A stretch of 60,922 bases of DNA, counting the filler, from Streblomastix strix (Eukaryota): NCBI GenBank assembly GCA_008636045.1. It is 3 parts of 3 records of this genome, joined end to end, with 100 filler letters (N's around TTAATTAATTAA, not from the genome) between each part and the next. Parts side by side here need not be neighbours in the genome. Positions count along the whole stretch, not along the records: positions 1 to 20,253 come from SNRW01000445.1; 2 more parts are not named here. One strand, written 5' to 3'. Made by a program: the position numbers and the translations under genes. The notes under the pieces were generated by a model. It worked only from the letters and a program-made list of their open reading frames with translations, was not told the origin of the DNA and did not search any database. Position 1 is the first letter of the stretch. Each line of letters opens with the position of its first letter. This document shows, in pieces, positions 1 through 12,912 of the stretch.

Positions 1-701
1 ACATCTTATACCCATGACATTGATTTCATTCAATCAATGATAGAATTGGCATGCCAATCATCTATAATATTAATCTTTCCATTACCGTTCACATCATTAG
101 TTGCTCTTTTTAATGGTTCATAATCCGTATAATAAACACCTGCGATAGCAATATGAGTATTACCTTTAATTGATGTAACTTAATCAACGCTTCCAATTGA
201 CACACTTAAATAGAATCCTTTTTCACTAATATAACCCATTACATTCTATTTATGGCCAACATCATCTCCTAATATTATTGCATGCTTGCTAAATGGCCAC
301 AATTCTTCAGGGAAGTTAGTGAATAAAAATACCATGAAATTATTGTTTAAATAGAGTCCAATGTTATATACTACTTTATTTCTCAATTTATAGAAAAAGA
401 AGTATTCATCTGCAGGATTATACATTTAAACATTAGCTGCTAATTAACTCTTAGGGATTTTAAATATTTGAACTTATGGAATTTCAATAGGTACAATAGG
501 TTATGGAATTAGTCATTCATTTAATTTATCGTCATTATCCTTCACTTAATCCTGAAGGTGTTGAGGTTCAACAACAATTTGATTTGCAATTCCATCAATA
601 ATCGGTTTAGTTTCACGTTCGTGAATATATGCGTATAATTCTGAGAATTCTGATAAGCCTGCTGCGTCTAATAATGTTTCATCAATGTATACGTTACTCA
701 T
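1..701 (-). pseudogene. Viral ORFan A, possibly structural; 3' end lies beyond the contig edge
   Basis: MSNVYIDETLLDAAGLSEFSELYAYIHERETKPII... read with TAR=Q. In-frame TGA at 515-513 and a frameshift near 215. Confidence 0.6.
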
Positions 702-770
702 TTTATAGTTCAAAAATAAATAACGAAGTTGTCTAGATTTTAGCTAATCATCTTTAGATGCTTGATTGCT

Positions 771-3462
771 TCATCTTACCCAAAATGTATTAATTACAAC
801 ATTAGAATTTTAGGTCCACACTGTTGCTTATGTGGAGAAATGAACATATCCATCATCTGTAAACATAGCTAAATAATTACTATTCAATGTACAAAATATT
901 GTATATAACGGTGGAGGATTAACTGTACAAATATCACGACCTTAATAAGCTTATATTGTACTATCTGGCTTAACAACTAAGTAAAAGAAATATATTTGAT
1001 TGTTTATTTTTATTAAACTGGATTATGTTGCTGTAAATCCTGCAAACATTACTGGTGGAGTTAATACTTGATAGAAATTATAGAATTTTGATGTAATAGC
1101 ATTACTGACTTCGAGCCATGTAAGATATGTTGTATTTGTTAATAATTGTGAATCATCATCTTCGATACCGAATGGATTAATGTATAATAATCTTCCTCTT
1201 ACATTTTACGTATTTAATCCTGTCTTTCTTACGCAATAGTTGTTAATAATATTATTCGTATTACTATTATATACACCTTTTGTTACATAATCTTCATCAT
1301 CCGATTCTTCCTCACCGTTATCTTAACCTCTTCTTAATTTTCCATTAATAACTTATAAATCAGCACCTATTTTCTAAACATAATTAGTCATATCACCACC
1401 CCCACCACTGAACTCAGATAATGGTTTAGTTGACCCATTCGCTAATAGTACCTGCTGATCTGTTCCATCTGACTTAACAAATGCAGGTGCAGTAACATTA
1501 TTCGAAAAGGTTTTGGTTCCAATTACTGTTTAATCAACATCATCAGTTAATACGAAATGTGATTTATTTTTCATAGCGCCTGACATTACTACATAATCAG
1601 TACTATAACCTGGGAGTTTAAATGTTGGTGCTCTAACTTCAAGACTAAATACTTTATTACCACCAATTGTTTAATCAGTACATTTATCAACAAAGTTCGA
1701 AATATCAATTGAGTTAGTGAAATCAGATAACGACTTTGTTGATCCATTCGCCAATAATAGCTATTGATCTGTTCCACCTGATTTAATGAATTATGTTGCA
1801 GTTAGAATACCATTGATTGATCGATTATAAATAGATGAAACGAATTCACCTTTCACTGCGCCTAACGTTACATAGTCATCATCTGTTGGTTCAGGATATG
1901 GTTAATCTAGTGTTGTTTTTCATAAAATTCTTTAAATATCTTATACATCAGCATCTTTCTTTTCATAATTTGAATCATCAATTGTGGTCGTGAATTCAGA
2001 AATTGGTTTAGTGCCACCGGTTCTAAGTAATACTACAGTATTATCTGCACTTTATTTAACAAATGATTATCCTGTAATTGTTGACATACCATCAATAGTA
2101 CATGTGAATCTACAAGCATTATTAAATGTCTTATTTGCGTTAATTGATTATGAAGCATCCAATGTAACATAATTAGCTAAATCTATTTTCTCGGCTTTTT
2201 TCCTGTAATTAATCATTAAAAGTTTTGCTTGTAACTAATGCTTCCAATGCATCGAATTTAGTTATATACAAGTTATCCGACATACTATCAAAATGGGCTC
2301 TCTCATCCAATTATTAACGTAATCTTCCTTAAATAGTCTAATCTAAATCTTCTCCAGTTTTCTAAACAAAATTCGATAATATTGGAGTAGTTAGTATTTA
2401 ATCTTCAACAGCTCTAATCAATTCATTAGCATCATTAATCATTTCATCAACATCATGTTTATCATAATAATTATCTAAATACCCTACACTTGCTTTATCG
2501 CTTAATAATTCATCTGTTTTAGCATTATTGTAATAATCAATCAAATCAGCAGTTGGAGCTATTTCAGATATTGCTTTCACACCCCCACCCGCAAGAAATA
2601 CAGAGTTATTATCGTATCCTGAGTATTGAATACCATTAGAAATAATAGTACTTGTAAATGATTTCATTCCAATAATAGATTGATCAAATCCAGTGATAAC
2701 AAATATATCATTTTTAGCAGGTGTAAGTGTATTACCATCAATTGATATGTCAGTTATAGCATTACCATTTCCAGTTGCTGCACCGAGAGTAGTTATTACA
2801 TTACTCATATCAGGTAATTCAGTTTCTAGCGCTCGAAGAGCTGTTCCATCCCACCAATAATCCATTACTTCCTTATCAATTATATATAAATTATCTCCAA
2901 TTGCAAGTTTAGCCACATTTTCTTAATCTTCGATCCATGTATTCATCTCTTGTGTTGTTTCAAACACACATCCTTTAGATTTGCCTGAAGCTGTGTCACG
3001 AACTTCCTATAATTATGGTTGAGATACTAGTAAACTTACTAACATATCACTTCCGCCAGCAAGAAGAATAGAAGCGTCATTTTTGCTCTGTTTCGATATA
3101 CTAGATACGCTAATTATACCGAATTATTTTTGACCTGTTATTATTTGAGCAGAAGTTAAATCAACATATTCATCCAATTCAGTTTTATCGGCCTTAAGAT
3201 CTAACTTTTCATCAGTTTCTGTCTTAGTATAAGCATCGATTATATCTGTTTAATCAGCTTTAAGGTCTAACTTTTCATCAGTTTCACTTTTGCTATAATA
3301 TTCAGATAAGTCTACTTTAGGAGCATTATTTATAATATTGATCTGATTATTAATGTTTTGAACTTACTCCACTAATCCAACCTTATTATATCTAATATTT
3401 CCAAATAATATTTCATCATGAATTTAAATTACATCCATCACATGTGCTTCACATTATGCCAT
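771..3462 (-). pseudogene. Tail-fibre/spike-like protein, ~890 aa, disrupted
   Basis: YSKSETDEKLDLKAD repeats and repeated Q.I.G.K.F...F.KS.G....VLLA.G.TK..SEF modules typical of trimeric phage fibres. Beta-rich C-terminus ending FWVR-TGA at 771. Frameshift near 2200 and TGA at 1922-1920. Confidence 0.7.
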
Positions 3463-3549
3463 TTATTCAAAAATAAACATCGCTAGATGCTTAGTAACTT
3501 TGTTGCCGCTCTAAAGAGTAGCTTTTTAGATAAGAAACTCAACTATACG

Positions 3550-4095
3550 TCAGATTTTATTTAAAACTACTAGTAACCCTTACGATACTGCTTACAATAC
3601 TCTTGAAGATATCTAGCTTAAGTCCAAAATGGATGTTATTTTTCTTACTTTCCGCAGACATAATTTATAAGTATCTCTTATTAAATTAACCTTATTTTCA
3701 TCTAATGCGTAAATATTTACATTTCCAATAGTGATCTAAGTTAATGTTATTGTCCCATCATTCATAAATCTAGTGCAGCAAGTACTAACATCTTCATTCA
3801 ATTGGACTTATTATTCATTAACATCAAATGTATATGCAACAACTCGAATAAGTTAAGGTTCAGATAAATTGAAGTGAGCTGACTCTTTTAACATATGTTC
3901 ATCTTCACTAATTATATCCAATAACCATTTGCATACTGATGGATCAGCTGTTAATTCATTTTCAAATATTGAGCTTCTTCTTCGTATGGATTATTATAGA
4001 GAATCAATTGATGTTTATTAGTTTTTTTCAAATGGTGACTGTTCTTCAATAATTGTAGGTATTGATGTCTGTCTTGGGGTTGAAATTTACGTCAT
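3550..4095 (-). pseudogene. Viral ORFan C, ~180 aa
   Basis: ATG at 4095 (MTQISTPRQTSIPTIIEEQSPF...), apparent frameshift near 3870, TGA at 3552-3550. Shares the upstream TTATTTTTG motif. Confidence 0.5.
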
Positions 4096-4396
4096 TTTGT
4101 ATGAACAAAAATAAGTAACATATATGCTCAATTAAACATTGATAAATAGTCTTTAGACAGGCAACTTTGTTGTTACTCTTCAGAGCGGGAACTATGTTCC
4201 TAGTCTTTAGAGTGATCTTTTTCTTAACCTTTTATAAATTCGTTTATTACGTTGAATCCATTCGCTATCAAAAACAGATTAGTCGTCTCAACTAATTTTA
4301 CGATTAGTAGTGAAGTACTAACTATGATTTCAAATATCATTTTCAATTAGATAACAAAATATTTATAAGTCTGCTCTGCAGGATTTCTAAAGGAAG

Positions 4397-4720
4397 TCAA
4401 CTCAGTTAATTATTCTTCGGTATGATCTTTTACTCTATGTCAGTCTCTAAGTATTCTAACACAAAATTCATATCATCTTCTTTAAAATTATGATCGGATA
4501 ATAATTTCATTAACTATTTTTGAACAGTGTTATTTCTACTGTAAATTTAGGCTTTCTTTTACGCATATCTCCTCTTTGACGCTAAATATTGCTTTCATAT
4601 CGCCTCCTTTTGATCATCATCATTGAACTATTTCTTCGGTCTTTCGACTGATCTCTTTTCAATTTATTATTCACCTTATTCACTTTGATTTTCATTGTTA
4701 GTTTCGATTGTTGTCTCCAT
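4397..4720 (-). pseudogene. Small basic protein with degenerate AT-hook-like motif
   Basis: METTIETNNENQSEQGEQQIEKRSVERPKKQF...; ERPKK resembles GRPKK. Internal TGA at 4597-4595. Confidence 0.45.
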
Positions 4721-4746
4721 TTCTGTTTAAATAAAAAAAATAAAAT

Positions 4747-6574
4747 TCACAATTTTAATCTAAAGTATTATTTATATTCATTATCTAATTCACTCATATT
4801 TTTTGCCACTAATTTTGTGAAATATATTGGCAACACTACAGTTTATAAATCACTATATTGATTCAATAACTCAACTTTAACGATTCCATTAACATATTCG
4901 ATAAATATACCAATATTATTGAAATTGCGTCTAATTTTATCAAATTAATGTTTCATCTTTGCGGTTTCAATATGTAGTAGTAAAATATTACCCTTTTGAT
5001 ACTATTTCAAACCATATTGTTTTTGTAATCTTAATATGTCATTTAATTATTCTTATTAACGATAGATGTATTTGCCTTCTATTCGCTTATCATTTTGAAC
5101 TTATACTGGACTATAGTTATTTTAGTAAGCAATGTGCGGTGTATGATTATATAAATCAACAGTTTATTACATCAGATATTCATTAACAAGTTCATAAATG
5201 TTATTACCGAATGCGTTTCTTATTGTTCGAATTACTTTATCAATTACTCTATTATTATTAGTGAATTTGTTGCCTGTGAAGAATGTATTTATGTTATTTT
5301 CTTAATAGAAATCATTTAGTAATTTTGATTCATAAGACTTCTCACCATCCCCTCTTATATCATCAATCTAAACAAGCGATATGAGTTATTTTAGAGCATA
5401 AAGGATTGGAATTTATGATTTCGATTTCACTGGAATTACTACTAGATATGTAGTGTTTACATTAATAGCGAATAGATATTGTTTAATTTCAATACTCTTT
5501 TTCATTATGAATACTTAGTCAATTTCCCAAGAATTGTAGTTCGGTGAGAAGTACGGTCTTTCGAATTTCGCTAACAGTTTTAGTTAATAGTCATGCGGTT
5601 CTAGAGTATTAGTTTAGGGATAAATATCAAATTAGTTCTTAGTTTAGTGTGAAGGGATATCATAGTAATTAGCTTTACGGATAACATCATACTTTGATTT
5701 GAAAGGAAATTGCTTTTAAGTTATCTCTTGGAATAAATCATCTTTCACTCTTTTTTTTTGATTTCTTTGGCTTATGTTATTAAGTATACATTTTCTATGG
5801 ATATTTCTTGGAGTATTATAAGATGTATTAGTCATACCATTAGCTAAGAGATTAGTCGACAAAGTTAATAGTTTATGCTATTTAATCCAATACTTTGAAC
5901 TGCTTTTAATTGAACTTATGATTCAGAAAACTGGTATAAAATGACTGTTTTGTATTAATGCTTTCTTATTAGAGCATTGCATTTATTTTTGTGTTTGGAT
6001 CGATATCATTATCAAAATTGAATTATTCCTATTCAGTAACTATATCTATTATCTACTACTTTAATTTATTAAGTTCGTCAACAGAGTTGATTGACTAGCT
6101 TTGTTTTTTAGCTTTTGGTTTCAAAGGTTAAATGGTTGGAGTATTCAATAATGGTTAATTAATTCATATAGGCTAATATATTTAAATTTATGGGACTGTT
6201 GATGTTGATCTGAAATAAGGTTTCCCCTCTAACTAAGGATTTTGATTAATTGTTACATATCTTGCTTAAGCAATTTATTAATCAGTTTACTCCTATGCAA
6301 TGATAAATTTATACAAATTCGGATTTTCATCCTCTGCCCAACTCTTATACTTATCCCATAATTTATTATAATCATCATTTGTTAAGTAAATAGTATAATA
6401 ATATCCATTTTCAATTAGTCTTTTATCAGAATCTTTATCTAATAATTTCTTCATCTATGCATTTGATAAAATAACATTATCCGTGTTATCAAAATTATAT
6501 AAATAATTATAGGCTTTTGAATAAGAATCTATATTTTTCTATTGATCAAGTTGTTACAACTGTGTTAATGTCAT
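4747..6574 (-). pseudogene. Retroviral-type (rve) integrase with long N-terminal extension; at least one frameshift
   Basis: KPYFSPNYNSWEIDQVF, YLFAINVNTTYLVVIPVKSKS, IRGDGEKSY, NRVIDKVIRTIRNAF, YNHTPH, and a C-terminal YQKGNILL SH3-like motif. Confidence 0.85.
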
Positions 6575-6606
6575 TTGATTTATAATAAGTAAGCAAAAAT
6601 AATGAT

Positions 6607-6945
6607 TCAACTTATTATGTTGAGTTATCTTTTGAATTTATTAATATTTATAGCTACTCTACGATCATTTGTATCAGTCAAATAAACAATTTATGCTCCA
6701 GTCTTCTTTTATACACTAATAGGTAATACCAAATAGTTACGCGAGTAAAATTTATCCGTTATCTAACTATAGTAATAATAATTTTAAAACTCATAATATC
6801 CACGACCACTATCATAATGTTCAATACGAAAAGCATCATCAGGGAGTTGATAGACAAAATCATATTTAAGCTGTTGATTAATAAAACGAGATTCAGCACG
6901 TGATTTTATTCTAATGGATTAAGTCTGAGTTTCTGTCTATGTCAT
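6607..6945 (-). CDS. Paralogue of the C-terminal domain of the adjacent HNH protein (112 aa, intact)
   Basis: YDFVYQLPDDAFRIEHY...YYYSQITDKFY...INKFKRQLNIIS aligns by eye with YEYVDEVPDDAITINDY...YYFSEEKDKFY...INKFKRLYNIIN of 7014-7607. Confidence 0.7.
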
Positions 6946-7013
6946 TTATAATGTGGAAAAAAATAAAAAAAATAATAATATCTAGTTTCCTCATTTATTA
7001 TTTTTAGATAATT

Positions 7014-7607
7014 TCAATTAATTATGTTATATAGTCTTTTGAATTTATTGATACAAATATTAATTTTATCATTATCAATGTCATAAGCAATAACATATAA
7101 TAATCCACTTGGTTTTAATTCATTGGTGTGTAACACCCTATATTTTAAACCATTATAGTAATAAAATTTATCTTTTTCTTCACTAAAGTAATAGAATTCA
7201 AATCTATGTTTTCCATAATCATTAATGGTAATAGCATCATCAGGAACTTCATCAACATACTCATATATAATTTCGGTATTGTGTTTCGATATATTTTTCT
7301 AATTTTCTGAATTCGATACCCAACGTAAATTTTCTTTACTATTATCAGTTTTAACTCCATTTTTGTGATCGATTTATATCTTATTGATTGGGTCATCATT
7401 AACAACAAATTATTCCGCAACTAATCTGTGTAGTAAATGTGTTTATCCATCAAGATTTAACCTTAGATATCCACTATTGATTTTACTGAATTTAGGAATA
7501 AATCCATCTTATTTCATCCGTATAATTCCTGGCTTGGATATTGAAATCTCAAAATCATTATTAGCTTTAAGAGTGACGTATTCTGATTATGTTTCCTTTT
7601 CTGACAT
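7014..7607 (-). CDS. HNH (HNH_3/I-HmuI-like) endonuclease, 197 aa, intact
   Basis: GYLRLNL...HRLVAEQFVVNDDPINKIQIDHKNGVKTDNSKENLRWVSNSENQKN read with TAR=Q. Confidence 0.9.
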
Positions 7608-7654
7608 TTTCATCGAAGAAAAAAAATAAAAATAATATCTAATTACTTTTTTAT

Positions 7655-7798
7655 TCATTTGCATAGCTTTAATTCGCAAGTGAACTTGATTCCTGCTTCA
7701 TAAATAGCTTTCCATATAGCATGCCAACCAATATGTAGTGATACGAGAGCGTCAATTGCTAGCGTTATATTTGCAGTAATTGGTTCAAAAATAGTCAT
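7655..7798 (-). CDS. 47-aa viral ORFan
   Basis: MTIFEPITANITLAIDALVSLHIGWHAIWKAIYEAGIKFTCELKLCK*. Preceded by the shared TAGAT...TTATTTTTT upstream motif. Confidence 0.45.
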   Translation of the reverse strand: MTIFEPITANITLAIDALVSLHIGWHAIWKAIYEAGIKFTCELKLCK

Positions 7799-7799
7799 T

Positions 7800-8301
7800 T
7801 TGATTAGGAAAAAATAAATAATGAATCATCTATATTATCAAGTAAATCTTCTAATTATTTCTAATAATTGTATCTGATTTCATCATATTCCATTAATGCA
7901 TTATGTAGTCTGTCATAACTAGTATTATTACAATTAATCCAATGTATTTCATTTTATATACTATCTTTAAGTGTTGTTCTCATTTCAACGAAAGGATTAA
8001 TTGTAAAATCTCGCACTTCAATGAAGGGTTTGTCTATTTGATTAGGATTTATGCCGTTACTTATGGTTTTATTAGTATGATTTGGTTTTCGATTGAAGTT
8101 AAACATATTAGCATTTATGATGTCAACATAGTTGGTATAGGATTACTATTTATCAATAATTTCTTATTGTTGCTATTTCTTTTTCATTAATTCGTTAATC
8201 GTTTTATTGTTTGCATCAATTTGAGTTAGATATTGTTACATGGTTTGACTTTAGTTAGCAGAGTTTAGACCTATTGTATCTAGATTCTTCGAATATTCCA
8301 T
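7800..8301 (-). pseudogene. Viral ORFan, frameshifted; 3' end approximate
   Basis: ATG at 8301 with the shared T-rich upstream motif; MEYSKNLDTIGLNSANQSQTMQQYLTQID... Confidence 0.4.
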
Positions 8302-8339
8302 TTTAGATTAAAATAAAAAAATAAAAAAATAATAATAAT

Positions 8340-11300
8340 TCATTAATCTTTGATTTGATAATCCTTTGCTGTTAATCTTTTAATATAAGGACAACAATAT
8401 TAATTCTTAAGTACTATTGATTTATTATTGAGCACAGTTAGTGCATACTTTTCTACTTGAATGCTGCTCATAACATTATCGTACATTTTAAATGTTCCAT
8501 TAATACCTTTCTTCACTATATCTTTATTAATTACATTAACGTAATCATTGTGCGATATCTATTATGATTTACTAATACCTTGAGATGTTATTTTTGGTTT
8601 AAATTCATTCTTTTATTTTTTTTTACTCCATTTGTGTACAATCATTGAATAGCACTTAGGTTCTAATGATGTAAATTCATATCCTTCATTTTCTATCCCA
8701 AATCCAAGTATCTTTTTGTAGTCATAGATGTCTTTATTAGGATTAGTTAAATACTAGTATACATGTTAGTCATAGAATTGTTTATCTGTGACTATTGATT
8801 CAAATTATTAATGACAGTCTTTAGCGGGATTTCCTGCAATAGCTATATAAATTGAATCAGTATCTGCAAGAACAAAATGAAATCGTTTTCGGTCTAGATA
8901 TTTATACATGAAATTATATATATAATTGAGATACCAATATTTTGTATTGTCTAGTGTAAAAACACCTGATTGAATTGATGTGAAGCAAGTATCTGTCTTA
9001 GGCTTAGTTTATACTGCAAATGTGTTAGCACTAATTCATCTAGTACCAATGTGATTAGGATGATGTTATGCAATAAATGTACCAGCTTTATCTAACATCT
9101 TTCTCTTACCAAACTTCTCTGTATTTAGTGTATCATATCCATATGATGCATTAATTATAAGTTTATAGAATTTCTCTTTAGATGATCCTGCTAATATAGC
9201 TTAAATCCTTAAGTTCTTCATTGTCCTAACAAATGGTTCATATGCCGCATTTTTCTCAAAGACTGCAATAGCTTTACAGTCAGTAATGATGAAACCAAGA
9301 TCAATAAGTAACCAAAGATAATAGTTATTGAATACCATAAATTGACCGTTAGTGTCGAGTAATGTTGTAAATTTTTTATCTTTCTTAGTCATTGGAAGTG
9401 AGTGTTTTTGTGCCTATGAATACATATATTCACCTATCACCTTTTTTTTGTTTTTTATTTCAATATTTCTAAAGATTGGTGGAAGTGCAAGGAGGTTATT
9501 GTACTCTGATTTAGGAAAGTAGCCTTAGACTTTTGCTACAAATATATCCTTTCTTTAATCTATGCAGTTTTTGACTACATATGGTTTTTCTGAATAAAAT
9601 TTCGATCCTCATGCCATATACATTGTATGATCAGTGTAAGGTATATTTTCATTTTTGACTGATGAATATGAACTGGGATAAAGGCTATTACCATCAAGAG
9701 CAAATACATGAGTAGCTACGTTTTCATTATCTTATGAGATCACTTTGTTTGATTACTTATCATAAGTTAATTCATTTATATGAGTTTTACCTGCACTATT
9801 CTCTCTATGAAATACCGCTGCGAGTCTACCTGTAACACATTTTCGAAGTAATTTATATATTCTTTCATCACTAATTGTCATAGGTAAATTGTTCTTAATT
9901 GCATATTATCTCATCTTAATATGTAATGATGCTATTTTTGGATCTTTATTTGCATGCGATACATTACACGAAACACATGCAGGCAAACAGTTAGCCTTTG
10001 TATGAGGAAGTTCATTATCTTATCTATCTAAACTCGGAGGATTGTCATAAGTGAATTTTGCACTACAAATTGAACACACTGATGTTTCAAATAACCTCTT
10101 ATAATAATCATAGTCATCAGCTGTTACGTTTTTCTCTGTTTCTCTACCTGCTTTATAATCTTGTTATTTATACTGATAACATTTATTCTTCCAATACCTT
10201 GCTGTTAGTTCAAAAAGTTTAGCTTTAGGATTTGGATTGGAATAGTCAGCGTTTATATCAAAATCAAAGTAATATGTCTATTTGTCACATTCAAGATTGA
10301 ATTTAGAAGGAAAATATGTTGAATAGTATTTCGTTGCATATGCACATGAAGCAATTGAAATATAGTGTAAAACATCAATATTGAATTATTCAAATGTATC
10401 AATTAAGTTCATTAATGGCTTAAACATAATCTCTGTATCGTTAATGTTATAATATTTGAGGTATTCTAACCTGTTGGTGAATCTCCTAAAATCAATCAAA
10501 TATTAATCATATTTATCTTTAGTGATAGAATAACCTCCTTTGAGCTATGATTTGAAATCTTCATATTCAAATGGCTCTGTTTTCATTAATACCTCGTTTC
10601 AATTCTTTGTGTTAATAATTTCATAAGGAAATACATCTTTATGTTCAGATTTGTCGCCATAATCCTTTACGCAAGCTTTTAATGTCATTGGACCGAATAA
10701 ATTCTCTGCATCAATGAATTGTAATTTCATATGTAACTTCTTGTTTGTTACTGTAATTAATTTAGTATTATTGAGATCACCAATAGGTACACCCATTGTC
10801 CAAAATTCACAATCTAATGCATCCCATAACAGAGCAATATCAAATCTTGAAATATTCCATCCTAATACCTTAACACATCTGTCAAAAGGAATATTTTCAT
10901 TATCGTACTTCATACACTAATATATCTATTCTGCCGATTCAAATGTTTATGCAAGCCATAGATGAACAAATGATGAATAGGATGGCAATCCATAATTTTC
11001 TAATTACTCTTTATAATTCTCAGATAATTCATCGAATAATGTATAACATCTCATAACTAATTCATATGATTTATCTTAATTGCGGAACATTTCTGTTGAC
11101 GCAATTGATAATTTAGATAATTATGAGAATAATGTTTTTTAATCTGTTATATTTTTCATAACTTATTCACTTAATGTTTCAAAGTCATATGTTATAAATC
11201 CTCGCTATGCTTTAAACTGATCCATTAGTCCATAAGCCATTAAGTACTCTATTGTTGGATGATTTAATACTGCAGGACATATAGGCATTGGAACATCATG

Positions 11301-12912
11301 TAATAAAATTGATGGCTCATGAGTTGATGATTTACATTTTTCCACATGGGTATTGAAATATTCATTAGCTCTCTTGTTAGTATCTGATAATATTGTAACA
11401 TAATCATGACAGTAAGGGCATATAAGAACTCCTGTTAGCTTTTCAACATTAGATACATACATTACGTGCTGCTCAATCCCATCGCTAATGAGTAATAAGT
11501 CTAAAGTCATTGATTCATTATTAAGTTCACCATATGAATTAAATAGTCTATATTAACCTGTTTCCCCTTCTAACTCTTCATGATAAGTGTATATATTAAC
11601 AACAAGATTGAATGTATCAATGAATTTAGTCATTTCAGTTGAGATATTGAATCTTTAGTAACCTTATAAATATTTGTTTAGTAATTAGTCTTTCTTAGCT
11701 GTATTATTATATTAGTACTCAAACAGTTAATATTTACCTTTAATTTTGTAGTAGTAAGCGAATAATTGTTTAACAAAAGTTATTACTGAATTGTTATTAA
11801 CTTTTTCATCAATTTCACTTCTTATTTTAAAGGATAGTGCAATAAAGAAACATATTTTATAATCTGAATCTATATATAATTAACTGAATGCTATTTAACA
11901 TGCTTATCAAGATATGGCATTCTTGCTCCAGTGTCTATCAACTTATAAGTAGCGAACATTACATTAAATATCCAAACTATCAGATTTCTAGTGTCTTCAT
12001 ATGTTCGTTCCATTACTTCTCTTAAATATTTGAATATATCTACTTTGAATTATTCCAATGATTTCTTATTAGTTATTGTTGATTATTAATGTTTGAAAGC
12101 ATTATCTAATGAAGGAATTCTACAGGAATATTCATAATTATCTCCATCAAGTTTTTCTAATATTAGAACTCCAAAATCAATTTGAACTTTAAATGGAAGT
12201 CATTTATATGAATCATATACTTTATCTACATATTAAGACAGTTGCTCTTACTGAGTTAGTTTATTAAAGTAATGAAGTTTATAAGTAATTTCATCATAAA
12301 AAATTTCAGCAATTGCTTCATTATTTTTGAATTTACTTACACTTTTTATTGTTTTAATTGCTTCCTCTTCAGTTTCAACATCACATAATTGTAATGCAAT
12401 TTATGATAATTTATTTACCATTTTTGAATTCTCAATTGTTGAAATTGCGTTAGAGATATCATCATCATTTTGCATCAATTATTGGTTGAGATTACGTTTA
12501 ATTTTATTGATTTTATCTTTATATATATTCTATCAACATCAAACTGTTTAACTTTGAATCAATCTATATCATCATAAGCGTCTAATCTATGTTTAATTTT
12601 ATTAATTCTATCAGTATATATTCTATCAACATCAAACCGTTTAATGAAAAGTTAGTGTTATCTATCATACAACTTATCTTTGAAATCTGATTAATTGACA
12701 TCATTTTCTTACATAAGTTATTGATATGGTTATCCTAATTATTATTCAAGAAATTATTGCACAATATCAAAGTTTGTTCTATTTCCTGTATAATTTAAAT
12801 CCTTTAATTTTGTAACTAATTCAGCATATAATGAACCATATTTATCTGATTCATTGATTGGTCTAACAATAGCCATTAATTAAAAAATTTGTGGTTTTGT
12901 CAACTTAGACAT
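8340..12912 (-). pseudogene. Protein-primed family B DNA polymerase (pPolB), ~1520 aa, disrupted
   Basis: ExoI FITYDFETL, ExoII VLGWNISRFD, ExoIII YYNINDTEIM, PolA FALDGNSLYPSS, PolB KLIINASYGYD, PolC LADTDSIY. TGA at 9038, 9611 and 12561; frameshift near 11890. Confidence 0.93.

Noticed and set aside
771..7607. Bacterial prophage or contamination suggested by the fibre and HNH genes
   Set aside because: These genes use the host's TAR=Gln code, sit with pPolB and rve integrase, and are contiguous with intron-containing host sequence.
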